From Squalus acanthias (taxonomy: Eukaryota): a stretch of 64,000 nt of DNA. Position 1 is the stretch's first letter; every line of letters begins with the position of its first letter. Positions 1 through 12,127 of this stretch are shown one piece after another. A program made the translations under genes and the position numbers. The notes under the pieces are model-generated. The model was not told the DNA's origin. It saw nothing but the letters and a program-made list of their open reading frames with translations, and made no database searches. Location: positions 3,844,001 through 3,908,000 of the forward strand of contig CM059433.1 of the NCBI GenBank assembly GCA_030390025.1, given 5' to 3'.

Positions 1-690
1 GAGACACTGTAGATTGATAGGTTGCTGTTTTGGGTATAGAACATTTGTTAAACTCGATAAAGGGCCTCTCACCTGCTAACCCATGTTTTCTATTTTCAGA
101 TGCGAAGGGACCTGATGTGCATTTTCAGCATTTTCTGTTTTTATTCAGATTTCCAGTACTTGCTGCTTTTTCCTTTTTTACTGAATTTCTTCTGCATGAT
201 GGAGTCACATTTTTCACTTGTAACACAAGTTCCATTAAGACACTTATGATTTGATCCTCTCAGTTTTGAAAATGACGGACCTGTGTCGTATCTTTTAGCT
301 GCATGACAAAAACAGCAAGGGGCATTCACAAAAATAATTATTTTAGAACATAAGAACATAAGAAACAGGAGCAGGAGTCGGCCATTCGGCCCCTCGAGCC
401 TGCTCCGCCATTCAATGAGATCATGGCTGATCATCGACCTCAACTCCACTTTCCCGCCCGATCCCCATATCCCTTGATTCCCCAAGAGTCCAGAAATCTA
501 TCGCTCTCAGCCTTGAATATTCTCAAAGACTCAGCATTCACAGCCTCTGGGGCAGAGAATTCCAAAGATTCACAACCCTCTGAGTGAAGAAATTCCTCCT
601 CATCTCAGTCTTAAATGGCCGACCCCTTATCCTGAGACTGTGCCCCCTAGTTCTAGACACTCCAGCCAGGGGAAACAACCTCTCAGCATC

Positions 691-913
691 AGTCTCTTAA
701 TCTCTCCTGCCTTCTATCCCACCACTGACCTTCTCTTTTGTTCTTTCATCCCCTCCCCCTTTTCCCAGCATTATACTTGCTTTAAATCTATTTCATTTCC
801 TGCTTTTTTCCAGTTCTGACGAAGGGTCTTCGACCTGAAACATTAACTCTGTTTCTCTCTCCACGGATGCTGCCTGGCCTGCTGAGTTTTTCCAGCGTTT
901 TCTGTTGTTATTT
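691..913 (+). mobile_element. Penelope-like element (family A), 3' end fragment
   Basis: 11-bp TSD CTCTCAGCATC at 680-690 and 914-924; same sequence as the 3' UTR of the copy at 19391-19881, which carries a GIY-YIG-type C-terminus; contains a hammerhead core. Confidence 0.8.
812..848 (+). ncRNA. Minimal type I hammerhead ribozyme motif, probably decayed in stem III
   Basis: AGTT-CTGACGA-A-GGGTC(TTC)GACCT-GAAA-CATT-AACT: conserved core, stem II and stem I are present. Stem III reads ACAT instead of the self-complementary ACGT. Confidence 0.6.
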
Positions 914-1453
914 CTCTCAGCATCTACCCTGTCAATCCCCTTCAGAATCTTGTATGTTTCAATGAGGTCACCTCTCATTCTTCTAAACTCCAGAGAGTAT
1001 AGGCCCATTCTACACAATCTCTCATCATAGGACAGCCCTCTCATCCCAGGAATTTTGATAGAGATTCGTATTTTATATATATTTTATATATAAGTTAAAC
1101 GTAGAATAGTTGCAATTGCAGACATAAGCTAATGTAAGGGTGTTCTGGATACATTGGGTTTCCCAGATTTTTACCTAAGTCAAACAGGGCAGAAAGCTCT
1201 GGCACCACTTAGGAGAATTTACCGTCTTTTGCAGGTTTGAGCTCTGAAATGCATGGTAACAATATAACAAGTGGCTCAGTAGCATTATTACTGGTGTGCT
1301 CTGATTGGCTTCTCAGTTGTGGATTTGTTGTAACCATCTGACTTTGCAGAACCAATACAGAGTAAAGTTAAACGGCTCTGTCGCTGCACTGAGGAAAGGG
1401 AGTAAACGCGTATTCTCATTAACTCATTCTCAGTGCATTCAGATAAACTCAGT

Positions 1454-1510
1454 AACTCCAGCGTTTTCTGTTGTTATTTCGGATTTCCAGCATCCGCAGT
1501 ATTTTGCTAC
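1454..1510 (+). mobile_element. 57-bp 5'-truncated Penelope-like (family A) extreme 3' end
   Basis: TCCAGCGTTTTCTGTTGTTATTTCGGATTTCCAGCATCCGCAGTATTTTGCTA matches the end of 19391-19881; flanked by CAGATAAAC(T/C)CAGT at 1440-1453 and 1511-1524. Confidence 0.7.
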
Positions 1511-2254
1511 CAGATAAACCCAGTGCTCTAAGTTTCACCAAGAGGGATTATTAAAAGGAATATCCCTCCTGATGAAACTTAGGAAGACGAAACTATTGTA
1601 AATTTAGGAACATTTCCACAAAAAACAAAAAAAAAAGATCGTAAAATGTCAGGGGAATGGACACAAGAGTTGTAAAGCTGTAATTTTTCGCTTGACGATC
1701 TTCACACTGGGTGAACTCCAGGTCTCAGTTGTGTCGTCTGGAAAACACAACTGAGTAGATGCCAGCCTTCTCCGCGAGTGGGGAGGAAACTCCGAAAAAG
1801 AACTTACCCCAACCACGTACAAAGAATTGTGTAGAAAATCAGGGGAAAGCCTGGGTTTTGGAGCGGAAGGAACAGGGTGGGAAATATTCCTGTCATACCT
1901 CGCAGGAGTTGGACCTATCAGACAAGTTTACTTTGCAATAACAAAGTTTCAAAAATTTTAAATAAAATTTAGCAAGGAGGCAAGAAAGAATCTTACAACG
2001 GAGTTATATTAAATGCATGGAATGAGTTAATTCCTGTATTCATTTAAATAGTCTAAATAATTTGAATTGTTGAAGTGTTGAAAATCTGAGCCACTTTTAG
2101 GTAGCCGTACATTGACATGCTTGACTGCTCACTTACCATAGTTCCTATGTTATTTGCAGTTGTAAATTAAACACCGTTAGTTATGGTCCATTGCTCCCAT
2201 CAAGGGAGAAGCAGCTAATTTGTCCAAAAAGGAACTTCCCATGATGAGAAGGGA

Positions 2255-4292
2255 TCATGAACCTCCTCCAGCCCCACAACCCTCTGAGATCTCTGTGTTC
2301 CTCTAATTCTGACCTCTGTAAAGTTTCGCAATTATCGCGATTCAAAATAACAAGATAGAAGCAGATTCGTTTGATCAGTTTATTTAAACGAAATGCTGTC
2401 ATGATATAAAGGACACAGAAGCCTGTAAAATGGCCACCGCGCATCGTGGCAGAAGCTTCCAGAAGTACAGTGGGCAGACAAGATGGCGTTCGAATAAACA
2501 TTTTCAATATAAGACGGGATCATACTCGATAAGCACTGATAAAGACAGGATGCAACCTGTTTGCATTTGTGACAATAGCAAAAGATATGAGTGCTGGAAT
2601 CGTTTTCCATGCACAAGTAAGGACCATTGTACTGGGCAATCGAAGGCCCATCCAGACACATCAACACACAAATACCCCCACGGCTCTACAATGAAAGAGC
2701 CATTCTCGGGTGATTAAACAAGTATTCGGGGGCCCCCAAAACCAGTCAGGGAGACGATTCATACGATCCTGGCTGGGCCAACAATGGGGAAAACATTAAC
2801 GGGTAGTTGGCCAGTCTCAGGTGCTACCGAAACCCGTTAATGACAAGAATCACCCCATGCTGGGAGTTTTGAGCGCCAATATTTCACAAAGGACAAACAT
2901 TAAGATTTGGACGGGAGATAAGGGAACACAGCACTATAACTATAGTGAACAAATGTCCATCGCTCTCTTATCTCTGCGGACTCTTGACTCGGGCTGAACT
3001 TTTATTCTCCTATTCTGATCCTCGGGTATCGCTCTGCTGGACGAGCAGCCTTCTGTGTTTTCTCTGGACTCTGTTGACTCTGGACTTTAGCCGCACTGGA
3101 CGGTTATTCGAATGTTGGGTGGGGCTCAATTGGAACGAGTCGCCTCGACTGAGGCCAGTGACCGGGTGCACCATCCCGAGAGTCGGTAAACGGTGTTTGG
3201 ACCCGAAGGCCCAACAAGACAAGACGAAATGACAAGAGAAGAAGAAGAATCCACGTGCCGCCGCGGTCAGTAAACCCCGACCGCGCCCGAAAATATACGA
3301 CCCATTTCTTGAACTCTACAGGTTACTGCACGAACCGGTCAAAGACTCTTCTTTGAATTCTACCGACAACTGGTGTCGGTACAGGAAGACTTTTCTTTGA
3401 ATTCTACAGCCGGGCCCGAGTGCTGTCGAGTTCTTCATGACAACGGGGAGCCCAGCCTGCTTGCCACAGCAGCGAAGATAAACAAGTGGGGTACAGAGAC
3501 CCCTCCAAACACGTGACAGTCAGGCGCTGCAGCGAAACGAGCCGAGTGCCTCACTTTAAAATTCTTCGAAGTATCACGAGTGGTGAGCATGTTTCCCGAT
3601 CCTACAAATCTAGATGTAGTGTAGGTATTGATAGGGGAGGGTGGTTTCATTAAGGATAAAGTATAATGTGTTCCCCTTTTTACGATGTGCCGTGCGTTCT
3701 TCATTACCATAGACCAAGCTTTATGAATGTATGTATACTTGTACTCTCGTTAATTTGCGCCTATGACATGTACTTCATGATTTTGGACGCTATGCAATAA
3801 AGATTTCCATTTCGTACTATTCAACCGGGTCTATTTGAGTTTTTCTCTGCATTACTGCTCTCGCACCTAAGTCCAGTGTTAGAACCGTAAGGGCGAGTGG
3901 GTCGAACCACTCACAGGTGCTTATTGCAACAAGGCTGGCCGGAGACCAGAGCAAGCAATAGTATTAGGCAACGAAGGCCTAACCCCGCACCAGCACCGTC
4001 TGCGATACAAGCATGCCAAAACCCCTTACACCTCTTGTGCATCCTCCACTTCGTTCACACCACCACTGGCGGCCGCCTGGGCCCAAAGCTCTGGAATTCC
4101 CTCCCTGAACCTCTCCGCCTCTCTCTCTCCTCCTTTAAGATGCTCCTTAAGACCTCCCTCTTTGACCAAGCTGTCCTAATGTCTCCTTCGTTGGTTCAGT
4201 GTCAGATTTTATCTGATTACACTCCCGTGAAGCACCTTGAGTTATTTTTTATCTACGTTAAAGGCGCGATATAATTGCAAGTTGTTATTGTT
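2255..4292 (+). mobile_element. L2 LINE 3' fragment split by a solo LTR (L2 parts about 2255-2316 and 4031-4292)
   Basis: L2 sequence CTCTAATTCTGACCTC|TTGTGCATCC rejoins across the LTR; PKLWNSLP peptide and GCAAGTTGTT tail. Confidence 0.8.
2317..4030 (+). mobile_element. Solo LTR, 1714 bp (LTR retrotransposon or endogenous retrovirus)
   Basis: TGTAAAG...CCTTACA inverted termini; 4-bp TSD CCTC (2313-2316, 4031-4034); TATA-like TATAACTATA near 2935; AATAAA at 3796-3801; no long ORF. Confidence 0.85.
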
Positions 4293-5964
4293 CATACCGC
4301 CATATAGAATTGCTAACTGTTGGTGGAAATGGCTGTCCAAATAGGTTGCATGAGTAAGCCATGTTTGCTTGAATAGTTTCACACAAGTATATTGTTAGTT
4401 CGCATTTATTCAATAATTTGCATCACTCACATTACTGGAAACCGGCACCAGTCCAAATATAAACACTTGAGTTTGATGAGGGAATACGGGGTGAGTCACT
4501 GACCACGGTGCAAACATTCTGCCTGACTTCTCTTCTAAAATCGGACTTCTTCATTTTTAACTTTTCTCCTCTAACTTTAAATCTTTGCCATAATCGGCAA
4601 TTTTCCTGGATCAAATTTTTCCCTCCATGATCGTGAAAATGTTATGTTCGGTCCACCTCAAATGAGAACACAAGGAATGTGATTGCTTTTCCTGTGTGTG
4701 TTCCCAAAATCATACAGAGAGAGGTCCCACAGTGGTCCTTGCTTCCTTCTCAGAGCTTATGAACATAATATATTAATCCAGGCACTTACTGCTGATTCTG
4801 CAAAACTGTGTTGCACTCGGTTTATTTAATGACTCTGGACACTTATGAGGAGGCCCTTTTACTGTGTGGGGAATGCATATGATCAACCTTGTCAGGCATT
4901 GGTCACTGGCTGATGACATTGACTAACATCATCTTTTAGGTCCGCTACATCCACTTTTCCTTTAGATCTTTATACGTCACATTTGAAGTACTCCAACTGA
5001 GAACTGTCAAATTGTTATTTCTGAAGGACTTTGAAGAAAGTTAAACACAATCTTTTTCCTGAAGAATCAGGCCAAAACCAGCTGGCCAATTCCCATTCAA
5101 AATAATGGAAATTCTTCAAATTCTTAGCAGTGAAACCGTAACACTCACAATCCACATTGCACCTCCTGGGCAGATGGAAGCACAAAAGGCTCAAAGATTG
5201 CTCAGTGCTGCTGGGATCATGTGTGTCCTCCTACACTGACCCCGTGGGATTTTCATCTTATTAATATAGGCCAGGCAGGCAGAATTGCCATTTTGGGAGC
5301 ATCTCTGGCACCTGCCCGCCCCATGTCAATAGAAACTTCAGCCTGGCTATTGGGGAGGGGGTGCTGGTGGGGAGCGGGGGAGTTGCCCAGTCCTGGCACT
5401 GGTCTGATCAGCCCTGAGCAAGGGGCCCATCCCTGAAATTATTTTACATGACAAAATATTACCTCTTCGGAGGTCCAGGCTGCCTGGATCCCCCGCCCCC
5501 CCCCCCCACCCCCTCCCCAGTGGGTCCCACAAGCACCTTCTGGAGGCCGTTACACCTCCTGCCATTGATGTACTGACCGCCACTGCAAAGGAGGGTGCCT
5601 CCTGTGGAATAGGTGTGGAAACTCCTGGTTTAGGGAATCCCTGGGCCTGCCCCAGCCCCTCACTGGCCTTGTCAGGGGCAGAAGGAAGCTCCACCTTTTA
5701 CACGGCACCAAGGAAATGGTGAAGACCTAGCATAACATGCACTCTACCTTCCCTTTGTGTTCTGCCAGACTGCTGCTGGAGTTATGGTGAGAGACCAGCA
5801 GAACCTCACGGAATTCGAGGTCCAATATATATTTTACTTACCCACTATGGGGGAAAGGTGAGGGGGGTGGTGGAGCTGTTCTCTTTGGGGCAGAGTTCCC
5901 CCAGCCAGGACTTCTGCCCGTCCCTCTGTATCCACCTCAGGTGCAATCCATTTTCCTTGGTCAT

Positions 5965-6262
5965 GCTGTCTTTCGGATGCGACATTAAACTGAGGCCCTG
6001 ACTGTTCTCTCAGGTGGATATAAAAGATCCCATTTGCACTATTCGAAATGACCAACATTTATCCTTCAACCAACCCCACCAAAAACAGATTAACTGGTCA
6101 TTTATACCATTGCTGTTTGTGGGACCTTGCTGTTTGCAAATTGGCTGCTGTGTTTTCCGACATTTCAACAGTGACTCCACTTCAAAAGTACTTCATCAGC
6201 TGTGCAATGTTTTGGGATGTTGTAAAAGATGCTCTGTAAATGCAAGGTCTTTCATTCTTTCT
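5965..6262 (+). mobile_element. Deu-domain SINE (SacSINE1-like), partial
   Basis: GGATGCGACATTAAACTGAGGCCC...AAAAGATCCCAT core and L2-like tail AAATGCAAGGTCTTTC; homologous to the full copy at 41685-42155. Confidence 0.8.
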
Positions 6263-6271
6263 GTGTTTTGA

Positions 6272-6700
6272 GGCTCATGAAGTTAGCATGCAGGTACAGC
6301 AAGTAATTAGGAAGGCAAACGGAATGTTGGCCTTTATTGCAAAGGGAATGGAGTATAAAAGTAGGGAAGTCCTGCCACAACTGTACAGGACGTTGGTGAG
6401 ACCACACCTGGAGTACTGCGTACAGTTTTGGTCTCCTTATTTAAGGAAGGATATACTTGCATTGGAGGCAGTTCAGAGAAGGTTCACCAGGTTGATTCCT
6501 GAGATGAAGAGGTTGTCTTATGAGGAAAGGTTGAGCAGGTTGGGCCTATACTCATTGGAGTTTCGAAGAATGAGAGGGGATCATATTGAAACATACAAGA
6601 TTCTGAGGGGGATTGACAGGGTGGATGCAGGGAGGATGTTTCCCCTTGTGGGGGAGTCTAGAACTAGGGGCCACAGTTTCAGAATAAGGGGTCGACCATT
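6272..6700 (+). mobile_element. CR1 ORF2 3' fragment
   Basis: ORF 6240..6761 encodes LYRTLVRPHLEYCVQFWSPY...TRGHS, the CR1 ORF2 C-terminus. Confidence 0.9.
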
Positions 6701-8251
6701 AAGTATCTACACTTCACTCTCAGCAGGGTCTCCACCTTCAAGAGGGAGCACGTCAGTATAAAAGAGGAGAATCCTGGCAGTATTGCAGCGGGGACACTGC
6801 TGAATCACTGAGAGATCCGGGGAGATACCTTAAAGGGCAGAATACCCCGATGATTATAAGAGATGTCCCACTAAAGGCCTGGACTGCGACCAGGCCTTCA
6901 ACAGGTAAGGCTGGGGACCGAATGGAGTAAGAAGAGGCCGTTCCACGGGGACACCCGAGGGTCATTACTGCCGCTAACTGGGACCCACCACCACCTTCCC
7001 CAGTGGTCCCGAGAAGCAGCAACGACACAGACAGAGAGCAAATCTGCCAAGGACGCAGACCCCACCCCTGTAGCTGTTTGCATGCGTCAGGTGGGGAAGG
7101 AGTGGGTAGTGACTGTGGCGGGGGAGTGGGGTGGGGGAGGGTCCCAATCAGGCTGTAGTCGGGCTCATCACCCCATTTTTCAGTCATTTACACCACAATA
7201 CTGCTCAATTTTGGGCAGGTTTGTGGAGGAAAGTCCCTCTCTATCCCTAAAACAGTTATAACATTCCCTTCTGCGTGAACTGCAAAAGTGATCATTTGGG
7301 CAGGTGCCACGCTTAATTTTGTAATGATAATAAGGATTTAAAACAGAGCAAGTTCTGAGCACCTACATGTGCACACAAGTGTCTGTCATCAAAGGGAAGC
7401 CCACATCACATCAGAACTATATCTATGCTACTCTGCTAATGCAAACCATTAAAATAAAATCTATTCATGGCTTTTCAAGATGGTTCCAGCACATGCAAAA
7501 CAAGACTGTAAAATTAGAATTGGAAGGAAATGAAATTTGTGTTCATTCCGTATATCACGTATCTGCAGGGTGCACAGTTGTTCTTTGTCGGTTTTCCCTT
7601 CTGGGCTTGAAGCTCCCACATGTTTAAATTACACACCACCAATCAAATGTTCCTGTCATAGCACTCTGCATCCAAGCAGGCTGTGCTGGGGTAGAAGTGA
7701 AGTCAAAGTTCTGTAACCGCTTCTACAGGAAGTGTACGTTCCAGACACTGCTGACTTCTGTCTGCTAAATAGTCTGGATATACGACTCTTTTAACCACAC
7801 TATAAATTTATTATATTAGTACCATAAAAGTGGAAATGGCTATGTGTAGCAGCACACACTGGTGCTCCCTTAGAATATCAATACCACCTCAGCAAACTGT
7901 CGCATCTCCAAAGGTGTATTTCACAAGAGGGTCAATAGCTTTGACATCGGCACAGTCCTTGATTACACCAGGTGCTGCCTTAAGGTCGGCTGAAGACGTT
8001 CCTTTCACTTGATGGATTATTGCAGAATTAGTGCTTCCAGTAGGGAAAGGTTCTGAATTTACTGAGCTCATGAGCCGCCCATCAATGCTCACACCAAGTT
8101 AGGCAGTAATGAACCCAAAGGTATTGAGCTGGGTTTTTTTTTAACTGTGTTTCTGACTGTTTTAGTGTTTCCCATACAATAAAAACATCACCAAGATCGT
8201 TAAAAAAAAGAGATGCACGCTGGTCTTCAATTTAATTATTGTCATCAGTTT

Positions 8252-8696
8252 AAAAAGGAAGAATTGCATTTCTATAGCGCCTTTCACAACTTCAGGGCGT
8301 CCCAAAGCGCTTTACAGCCAATGAAGTACTTTTGAAGTGGAGTCACTGTTGTAATGTGGGAAACCTGGCAGCCAATTTGCGCACAGCAAGCTCCCACAAA
8401 CAGCAACGTGATAATGACCGGATAAACTGATTTTAGTGATGCTGATTGAGGGAAAAATATTGACCAGGACACCAGGGAGAACTCCCCTGCTCTCATTAAA
8501 AATAGTGCCACGGGATCTTTTATGCCCACCTGAGAGAGCAGATGGGGCCTCCGAAAGACGGCACCTCCGACAGTGCAGCACACCCTCAGCACTGCACTGG
8601 AGTGTCAGCCTCGATTTAGTGCTCAAGTCTCTGGAGTGGGACTTGAACCCACAACCAGAGGTGGGAGTTCTACCAACTGAGCCACAGCTGGCGCCT
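8252..8696 (-). mobile_element. Deu-domain tRNA-derived SINE, near full length
   Basis: Reverse complement shows A box (TGGCTCAGTTGG), B box (GGTTCAAGTCC), Deu core and tail. Confidence 0.85.
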
Positions 8697-8831
8697 AACC
8701 GATTATACAGGCGTTGAACCTAATCTTTGCAATGCAGAGTAATTTCTGTACAACACCATAAAAATTGTTCCCAAAACATTTTTCAGTAAAACATTTATTC
8801 AAAGTGTAACTATAGAGTAGGGGAAAGGAGT

Positions 8832-9484
8832 TTATTTATTTATTCGTTCCTGGGATGTGGGCGTCGCTGGCGAGGCCAGCATTTATTGCCCATCCCTAAT
8901 TGCCCTCGAGAAGATGGTGGTGAGCCGCCTTCTTAAACCGCTGCAGTCCGTATGGTGAAGGTACTCCCACTGTGCTGTTAGGGAGGGAGTTCCAGGATTT
9001 TGACCCAGCGACGATGAAGGATCGGCGATATATTTCCAATTCAGGATGGTGTGTGACTTGGAGGGGAACTTGGAGGTGGTGGTGTTCCCACGCGCCTGCT
9101 GCCCTTGTCCTTCTAGCTGGAAGAGGTCGCGGGTTTGGGAGGTGCTGCCGAAGAAGCCTTGGCAAGTTGCTGCAGTGCATCTTGTAGATGGTACACACTG
9201 CAGTCACGGTACGCCGGTGGTGGAGGGAGTGAATGTTTAAGGTGGTGGATGGGGTGCCAATCAAGTGGGCTGCTTTGTCCTGGATGGTGTCGAGCTTCTT
9301 GTGTTGTTGGAGCTGCACTCATCCAGGCAAGTGGAGAGTATTCCATCACACTCCTGACTTGTGCCTTGTAGATGGTGGATAGGCTTTGGGGAGTCAGGAG
9401 GTGAGACACTCGCCACAGGATACCCAGCCTCTGACCTGCTCTTGTTGCCACAGTATTTATGTGGCTGGTCCAGTTAAGTTTCTG
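8832..9484 (-). mobile_element. CR1-group LINE, second family, 3' fragment
   Basis: ORFs 9113..9502 and 8896..9318 (YKAQVRSVMEYS; SLHHRRTV...SWNSLP); (AATA)n tail; same family as 43236-46463. Confidence 0.85.
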
Positions 9485-9937
9485 TGTGTAAGCATCTTGC
9501 AATGGGAAGTTTTAAACAAGACCAACTGTTTTTTTTTAAATGATTGGCAGCTGGAAAGCTCCCCTCCTGCTTCCAGACTACTTGCTATGTGTCCTGATGA
9601 TGTAGAACAAGAGGTATCCAGGGAGCATTCTGTAAGACAGCATTAAGTTCTGTAGTGTTCGTATTTGTACATTTATGTGAGAACTGCTACCTATATTTAA
9701 ATCTGACGCTGCTAAGTTGTATTGTTTATTGGTAATAACCACAGTAAAATTCAGCAGTCAGGTTCAAAAATAACAGCTCCCGATCGACACGTATAATGAA
9801 CAAGAACGCCATGAAACACAATGAGCAAAGTGCATTACATTGAATCTGCTTGCTTAAAATTGACTGATTCCTGTAGAACATTTAAATGTGGTAGATCTAA
9901 ACATGACTATATATACAAAACACCTTTACTACATAAT

Positions 9938-10681
9938 GGACTAGAAATCGCGGTCGGAGGCGTACCTCCGGATTACGCCTCCGACCCGCGTAATCTTTGC
10001 GAACCTACCTCCAGGCGCCTGGGCTGCGGAGGGTAACGGTCTCGGGCCTCCAGGTGGATGTCAGCGTAAAGGCCCACGGATCCCAGGGGCGCAGGCGGTT
10101 CGACAGGGACCCTGGGATCACGTGAGCCCGGTCCTCCTATCACAAAGGAGGATTCCATTGCAATCATTTACGAAGGGAATCCCCAAATGATATGCAATGG
10201 AATCCCCAAATCGTTATACAATTTACACTATTCTAATAAGTATAAATGTACTGAATTTCAATTTTATTCATAAGTCCCTTCATTGCACCAACCTCTAAAA
10301 ATGTAAATTTTTGATAAATAATTTTAAGCATCTTAATCTTGGCCAATATTTGCATAAACTCATTTAAAGTGTATGTGCATCATTTTTGATTTTTAAATGT
10401 TTAATTTAAGGCTTATATACACCCTTACGCTGATGAAAGCAGGCCCTACGCCTTCTTTTACTAGCCGTGAGAGTTTTGTGGGCAATTGCTGGGCAGTTGT
10501 TGGGCAAACAGTCCAACTCTGCGCCATCTATACTGAGTTTCCGTGCGGTTCAGATGATCTGTCAAGGCGTACTTTGACAGATCGCAGGTTCCGGATTTCG
10601 CACATGCAGAAACCCGGAACTACCGGGGCCTTTCAAATGGATTACGACGGCGTACTCTGAGAGTACACCGTCACGCAGCCC
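9938..10681. mobile_element. Harbinger-type MITE, right TIR partly deleted
   Basis: Left end GGACTAGAAATCGCGG; GC-rich ends and AT-rich centre; shares GGATCACGTG and GTTCCGG..GCATGC..CCGGAAC blocks with the MITE at 40813-41579. Confidence 0.65.
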
Positions 10682-10708
10682 CAACATCTCTTTTAACAGA
10701 CTTAACTT

Positions 10709-11259
10709 GCCTTTGTTGCCTCTAGTCTTGACTATTCCAAAGCCGGCCTCCCATCTTCCACCCTCCATAAACTTAAGCTCATCCAAAACACTGCTACATG
10801 TATCCTAACTCTCACCAAATCCCGTTCACCCATCACCCCTGCACTCGCTGACCTACATTGGCTCCCGGTTAAGCAATGCCTCAATTTTAAAATTCTCATC
10901 CTTGTTTTCAAATCCCTCCATGGCCTCGCCCCTCCCTATCTCTGTAATCTCCTTCAGCCCTACAACCGCCCGAGATATCTGCGCTCCTCTAATTCTGGCC
11001 TCACGCACCCCCAATTTTAATCACTCAACCATTGGTGGCCGTGCCTTCAGCTACCGAGGCCCTAAGCTCTGGAATTCCCTGCCTAAACCTCTCCACCTCG
11101 CTACCTCTCTTTCCTCCTTTAAGACGCTCCTTAAAACCTACCTCTTTGACCAAGCTTTTGGTCACCTGCCCTAATTTATCCTTATGTGGCTCAGTGTCAA
11201 ATTTTGTTTGATAATGCGCCTGTGAAGTGCCTTGGGATGTTTTACTACGTTAAAGATGC
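10709..11259 (+). mobile_element. L2 LINE 3' fragment preceded by a non-L2 26-bp leader
   Basis: TIGGRAFSYRGPKLWNSLPK...FKTLLKTYLFDQAF (ORF 10902..11174); L2 3' UTR. Confidence 0.85.
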
Positions 11260-11542
11260 TGGCCGGAATCTTGACCTTGGAGTCGGGTCGGGTGCATGTG
11301 GACCGTGTAGCAGGTCACCATCCCGAAGATCTCGACAGCGCGTTCTGCACTTACTGAAAGAGTCACGGGGGTTTCCCGGCCCAATTAAATGGAGCGGGTC
11401 TGATGACATCGCCGATGACTCGTTTTCAGCGCGGATATTTAAAGCAGCCTTGCACACGTCTCATTTGAAGGTTGCTGCAGGAGACATCAAGGGGTTTGGG
11501 AGATTTACAAATTGCTGCATAATATTGAGATTTCTGTGGGTC

Positions 11543-12127
11543 ATGGAGACACAGACAGAAGGCTGCTCCAAGATTCCGATTCCTCCCTGGAAGTGCTGGT
11601 CCAGGGAGTCAGAGCACGCCGGGAGGTCCTCTTCCCTGCGGATGGCCGAAAAAGATCAGCCAGAGACACGAAGAGGGCATGGCTGGAGATTGCGGAGGAG
11701 GTCAGCAGCAGGGATGTGGTGAGGCGGACGTGGATCCAGTGCCGCAAGAGATTCAGATGTGCAGCAAGGTGCTCTCCAGCTCCTTGCTAGCAGGGAAGTG
11801 CGGGTGGCCCATGAGAGGGATGATGGTGAGAGGGGACATGGAAGTGAGGGCTCTGCTCAAAGTGCTCCCACTTCTCCCCCCATTGCCTCTCCCTCAGTCA
11901 GAGCCCCACATCTTGCCTCGGATCCCAATGGCCGAGTCTGCCCTGCACAGTTGCAGGGGGAACAGTCTTTGGCACGGCTCTCACAAGCTCCAAAACCCAG
12001 AGGACGTCCGCCAAAAGTGTCTACGCAGTCGCAGCAGGGAAGTGAGCAGCCTGCCTCTACCTCTGCTGAAGCCACAGGGGTTGCACCTCGTAGAAGCACG
12101 CATAGGCAAAAAAAGACACAATCCTAG
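11543..12127 (+). pseudogene. Harbinger Myb/SANT-like DNA-binding protein, frameshifted and internally deleted
   Basis: SDSSLEVLVQGVRARREVLFP...AWLEIAEEVSS...TWIQCRKRF is fused directly to the C-terminal RGRPPKV...PRRS segment. Confidence 0.8.

Larger units (their letters stand above)
346..1052 (-). mobile_element. CR1 LINE 3' fragment, interrupted by a Penelope-like insertion at 691-913
   Basis: Reverse-complement (TTCTTATG)n tail at 346-365; CR1 3' UTR; ORF2 C-terminal peptide GLYSLEFRRMRGDLIETYKIL (ORF 793..1044). Confidence 0.9.

Noticed and set aside
1528..1605. Hairpin plus CTGATGA...GAAACTATTGTA resembling a hammerhead
   Set aside because: Stem I cannot form and the stem II closing pair is missing; probably chance or fully decayed.
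7820..8120. Short ORFs on both strands (7830..8012, 7889..8092) as a host exon
   Set aside because: No recognisable domain, and no splice-bounded frame free of stops.
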